Source: Alphaproteobacteria bacterium (lineage in GTDB: Bacteria > Pseudomonadota > Alphaproteobacteria > SMXQ01). Taken from it: a DNA stretch of 52,253 nucleotides. The stretch spans positions 1 through 52,253 of the forward strand of contig CAXRES010000173.1 of assembly GCA_964229575.1 (NCBI GenBank), read 5' to 3'. Positions 49,774 to 52,253 of the stretch are shown piece by piece. The stretch's first letter is position 1, and the number at the start of each line of letters is the position of its first letter. The notes beneath the pieces were generated by a model, which saw only the letters and a list, made by a program, of their open reading frames with translations, did not search any database and was not told where the DNA came from. A program made the position numbers and the translations under genes.

Positions 49774-50574
49774 CTAGCCCGCGATTTTTTCCTTTTCGAC
49801 CATGCCGAGCGTGGCTTCCTCGCGCAGGAGCTGCCAGATGGCGCCGACATAGCGGCCGAACGCGTCGGTCGAGATGATTTCCGAGGAGCGCGGCCGCGGC
49901 AGGTCGATGGAGATGACCTCCTTGATGCGACCAGGCCGGAAGGTCATCACCACGACGCGGTCGGACAGCTGCACGGCCTCGGTGATGTTGTGGGTGATCA
50001 GCAGCGTCGTCTGCTTCAACTCGCGCCAGATCTGCAGGATCTTGTCGCCGAGCAGCATACGGGTTTGCTCATCGAGCGCGCCGAACGGCTCGTCCATCAG
50101 CATGATCTTGGGACTGAAGGCGAGCGTGCGGGCGATCGCCGTACGCTGCTTCATGCCGCCGGAAAGTTCGGAGGGATAGCGGTCCTCGAAACCTTCGAGC
50201 CCGACGAGCCGGATGAAACGCCGCGCTGCCGCTTCCCTCTCGGCCCTGGGCATGCCGGCGATCTCGAGCGGAAAAGCGACGTTCTCCAGGGTCGTGCGCC
50301 AGGGAAAGGTCGATTCCTCCTGGAACACCATGCCGATGTCGCGATGCGTCCCGCGCACCCGCTGGCCGTCGACCAGGACGTCGCCTTCGTAGTCCCCGGC
50401 CAGGCCCCCGATGATGGAAAAAAGGGTCGACTTGCCGCACCCCGAAGGACCGATGACGGAAACGAATTCGCCCTCGGCGACCGACAGCGACACATGATCG
50501 AGGGCATGGACCCCCGAGCCGTCTTCGCGCCGGTAATGCTTGGAAAGATCACGGATTTCGAGCATGCCCGCCAT
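49774..50574 (-). CDS. ABC transporter ATP-binding protein
   Basis: Start at ATG 50574 (or 50565). MLEIRDLSKHY..., Walker A GPSGCGKST, signature LSGGMKQR, Walker B LMDEPFGALD. Confidence 0.92.
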   Translation of the reverse strand: MAGMLEIRDLSKHYRREDGSGVHALDHVSLSVAEGEFVSVIGPSGCGKSTLFSIIGGLAGDYEGDVLVDGQRVRGTHRDIGMVFQEESTFPWRTTLENVAFPLEIAGMPRAEREAAARRFIRLVGLEGFEDRYPSELSGGMKQRTAIARTLAFSPKIMLMDEPFGALDEQTRMLLGDKILQIWRELKQTTLLITHNITEAVQLSDRVVVMTFRPGRIKEVISIDLPRPRSSEIISTDAFGRYVGAIWQLLREEATLGMVEKEKIAG

Positions 50575-50775
50575 ACGCCTGTCCCGCCTGTTCAGGGCCG
50601 TGCGCCTTTGGCGCGCGGCTTTATATGAGGGGAAACGACCCCCCGGTTTTGTTGCGCCAAATCGTGCCTTCCCCGTACCGGGAAAACAACAGTTTTTCTG
50701 GAGATCGGAAACCCGGAATAGCGCCGCCAAAGGAGCAGCCCGGAAACGCCGGCGCGCGCGTCGAAGACGGACGGC

Positions 50776-51369
50776 CTAACGGGCTTTGGCTTTGGCCTTG
50801 GCCTTGGTTTTGGCCTTGGGCGTGATGGAATAGCTGCGGCTGTCGATCCTGAGTTCGCCGTCGGCGAGATTGAGCGACAGGCGAAGGCTGCCCTCGTTGC
50901 GCTGCCAGGGGGTGATCGTCATGACCCGCTGGCCGGCTTTGGTATAGGGCTCGCGCATGGCGATCTTCGTCGCCTCGGCCGTCGAACGGGCACGAATGAT
51001 GATCATGCCGAGGCCGACCCGGTCGCCCTTCTCGTTGACGAAGGGGCCGGCGGCGAAAAGGATGCCCCGGCGTTCCAGGTCCACAAGATAGCGGTGGTGG
51101 ACCATGCGCAGCTTTTCCGGCGACATGGGCATGGGCGGCGGGCTGGCCGGCGCCGTCATCCAGCAGACGTAGCACTGCTCGCGCGCCAGCGGGATGCCGA
51201 AACTCGGCCGGTTCAAAAACGAAACGGGCGCCGGCACCCTGGGTGCCGACGCCCGCTCGTTTACTCGGTTCAACCGCTCCAGCGCCTTCCTCGAAACCCC
51301 TGCCTTTGCAGCTCCAGCCTTTGGCCGGCTACCGGTCTTGGGGCCTCTGCGCGAAGGCGCCTTCGTCAC
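50776..51369 (-). CDS. YciI-like domain protein with N-terminal extension and C-terminal Lys/Ala repeat tail
   Basis: YciI-type core QCYVCWMTAPAS...HHRYLVDLERRGILFAAGPF...GLGMIIIRARSTAEATKIAMREPYTKAG. Tail PKAKTKAKAKAKAR. The track start is a GTG at 51369 without an SD, so the true start is uncertain, but it must be upstream of residue ~64. Confidence 0.6.
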   Translation of the reverse strand: MTKAPSRRGPKTGSRPKAGAAKAGVSRKALERLNRVNERASAPRVPAPVSFLNRPSFGIPLAREQCYVCWMTAPASPPPMPMSPEKLRMVHHRYLVDLERRGILFAAGPFVNEKGDRVGLGMIIIRARSTAEATKIAMREPYTKAGQRVMTITPWQRNEGSLRLSLNLADGELRIDSRSYSITPKAKTKAKAKAKAR

Positions 51370-51375
51370 GGTTGA

Positions 51376-51522
51376 TTACTTGCTCTTCTTCGCAACGCGC
51401 TTGCGCTTGGCGGGAGCGCGGCGAGCCGAAGCCTTACGCTTCGTGGCCTTCTTGCGCTTCGCAGTCTTCTTGCGCTTTGCAGTCTTACGCTTCGCAGTCT
51501 TCTTCTTCGCAGGCTTCTTCAT
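51376..51522 (-). CDS. 48-aa lysine-rich (histone H1-like) basic peptide
   Basis: Strong SD GGAGGATTGACT-ATG. MKKPAKKKTAKRKTAKRKKTAKRKKATKRKASARRAPAKRKRVAKKSK. The long track ORF 51376..52101 is an unsupported upstream extension. Confidence 0.65.
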   Translation of the reverse strand: MKKPAKKKTAKRKTAKRKKTAKRKKATKRKASARRAPAKRKRVAKKSK

Positions 51523-51733
51523 AGTCAATCCTCCTTCGAGGGTTACCGCATCGCAGTGCGGTGACAAACGCATTGAACATGAACGCGGTGATGTACGCAT
51601 ACGCTTACACAAACTGCCGCCGAATAATCGGCGTGGAAAGGATAATGAACTATTAACGAGGTCATTGGCAAGAAAACACTTGCAATGCCCCTCCAGATTT
51701 TTTAGCCGCCGTTTTGGACCGGGATGACGCGCC

Positions 51734-51790
51734 GAATCGATTCGTGAATCGTTTCGTCGGCGCTCCCGACACCTTCGCGCCGCGCGATTC
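51734..51790. promoter_or_regulatory. Cluster of four GANTC (CcrM-type methylation) sites, three within 17 bp around the palindrome GAATCGATTC
   Basis: GAATC at 51734, GATTC at 51739, GAATC at 51746, GATTC at 51786. A fifth site (GAGTC) is at 51909. Read directly; function inferred only. Confidence 0.35.
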
Positions 51791-51810
51791 GTTTCCTGAC
51801 GTTCGCGATC

Positions 51811-52253
51811 ATGTTCGCACCGTTGTCCGACGTCCGCCGCGCATCGAAAGAGCGCGCGCGCGAAATTCCCGCGGCACCCTTCGCGGCATCGACGACACGG
51901 CCGAAAACGAGTCTCGGCCGTCATGCATCGATCCGGGCAAAAGCCTTGGATTTCCTTGCGTTCAAGCCGGAGCCGCCGGCGCGCGCCGCGGCCCGCGCCA
52001 TTGCGCGAGAGCGCGCCCGCGAAGTCGTGATCGCAACGACGGGATACGGGATCGAACGCGCCGTTCGTCGTCGCGCCGAACGATCGACGACGAGCCCGCA
52101 TCGCTCACGAAACAGCCTGGCGCAAGAGCATCCGGTGTCGCCGGCGATGACGGCTGCGCGCGCCGTCCCTTCCCGCTTCGGAAGCATCGGCGGCGTTCCC
52201 CGCCCCCCGGAAAAATTTCGCCTCGAACGATTTTTTTTGGCCCTCGGGACGTT
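51811..52253 (+). CDS. Possible CDS open to the window edge (Arg/Ala-rich, unrecognised)
   Basis: The plus frame is stop-free from 51748 to the window end, has GC-rich third positions, and has an ATG at 51811 (MFAPLSDVRRASKERAREIPAAPF...). It is not in the ORF track because it has no stop. The minus ORF 51921..52187 shares its third positions and could equally be the real one. Confidence 0.25.
   Translation, partial: MFAPLSDVRRASKERAREIPAAPFAASTTRPKTSLGRHASIRAKALDFLAFKPEPPARAAARAIARERAREVVIATTGYGIERAVRRRAERSTTSPHRSRNSLAQEHPVSPAMTAARAVPSRFGSIGGVPRPPEKFRLERFFLALGT

Noticed and set aside
37661-50574. Organosulfur (Dsz/Ssu-like desulfonation) reading of LLM + ACAD-fold monooxygenase + NitT/TauT ABC importer, with the sulfite dehydrogenase at 25.9 kb.
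   Set aside because: The LLM protein is shorter than SsuD/DszA-type enzymes. No SsuE/DszD reductase or DszB-like desulfinase is evident. The surrounding bicupin, aldolase and decarboxylase-family genes fit aromatic-acid cleavage better. I keep it only as an alternative to test.
50575-50775. Looked for a TPP (THI-box) riboswitch upstream of the ABC operon, because its binding protein is NMT1/THI5-like.
   Set aside because: Neither the conserved CTGAGA element nor the ACCTGATCTGGATAATGCCAGCG-like element is present on the coding strand.
51523-52101. 241-aa track ORF extending the lysine-rich peptide upstream.
   Set aside because: The upstream part is an Arg-rich translation with no features. 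A strong SD sits immediately before the internal ATG at 51522.

Overview
High-GC, alphaproteobacterium-like chromosomal window that is almost entirely coding. 1-11.6 kb: complex I operon nuoA-nuoM on the minus strand. nuoM is cut by the window edge, and many start/stop overlaps suggest translational coupling. 11.8-23.2 kb: conserved housekeeping block, all on the minus strand: tRNA-Asp, SPOR lipoprotein, two tandem Bug/TctC-type binding proteins, tRNA-Val, hupB, lon, clpX, clpP, tig, tRNA-Leu. Clear rho-independent terminators follow hupB, lon and clpX. 23.5-29 kb: a small orphan ORF in AT-rich flanks, nnr with an extra N-terminal HTH-like segment, a SorAB-like sulfite dehydrogenase plus c-type cytochrome, and dadA. 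29-50.6 kb: an accessory catabolic island. It holds 3 more Bug-type binding proteins, 2 paralogous bicupins, 2 DapA/NahE-like aldolases, 2 paralogous atypical SDRs, a two-module VOC dioxygenase, an amidohydrolase_2 enzyme, LLM and ACAD-fold flavin monooxygenases, a PNPOx-like protein, a monocupin, a classical SDR, a PuuE-like deacetylase and a NitT/TauT-type ABC importer. I recognise no transcription factor in it. 50.8-52.25 kb: a YciI-like protein with a Lys/Ala tail, a 48-aa Lys-rich histone-like peptide, and about 0.7 kb with no confident gene but with clustered GANTC sites. I saw no rRNA, CRISPR array, IS/transposase, integrase or phage genes. The best candidates for something undescribed are: (i) a conserved Cys-pair C-terminal add-on domain of about 70 aa on four of the five Bug/TctC binding proteins; (ii) the duplicated bicupin / hydratase-aldolase-like / atypical-SDR module architecture of the island; (iii) a (DHEGH)n insertion in trigger factor encoded by a 15-bp tandem repeat. 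All family assignments come from reading motifs by eye; no database search was run.
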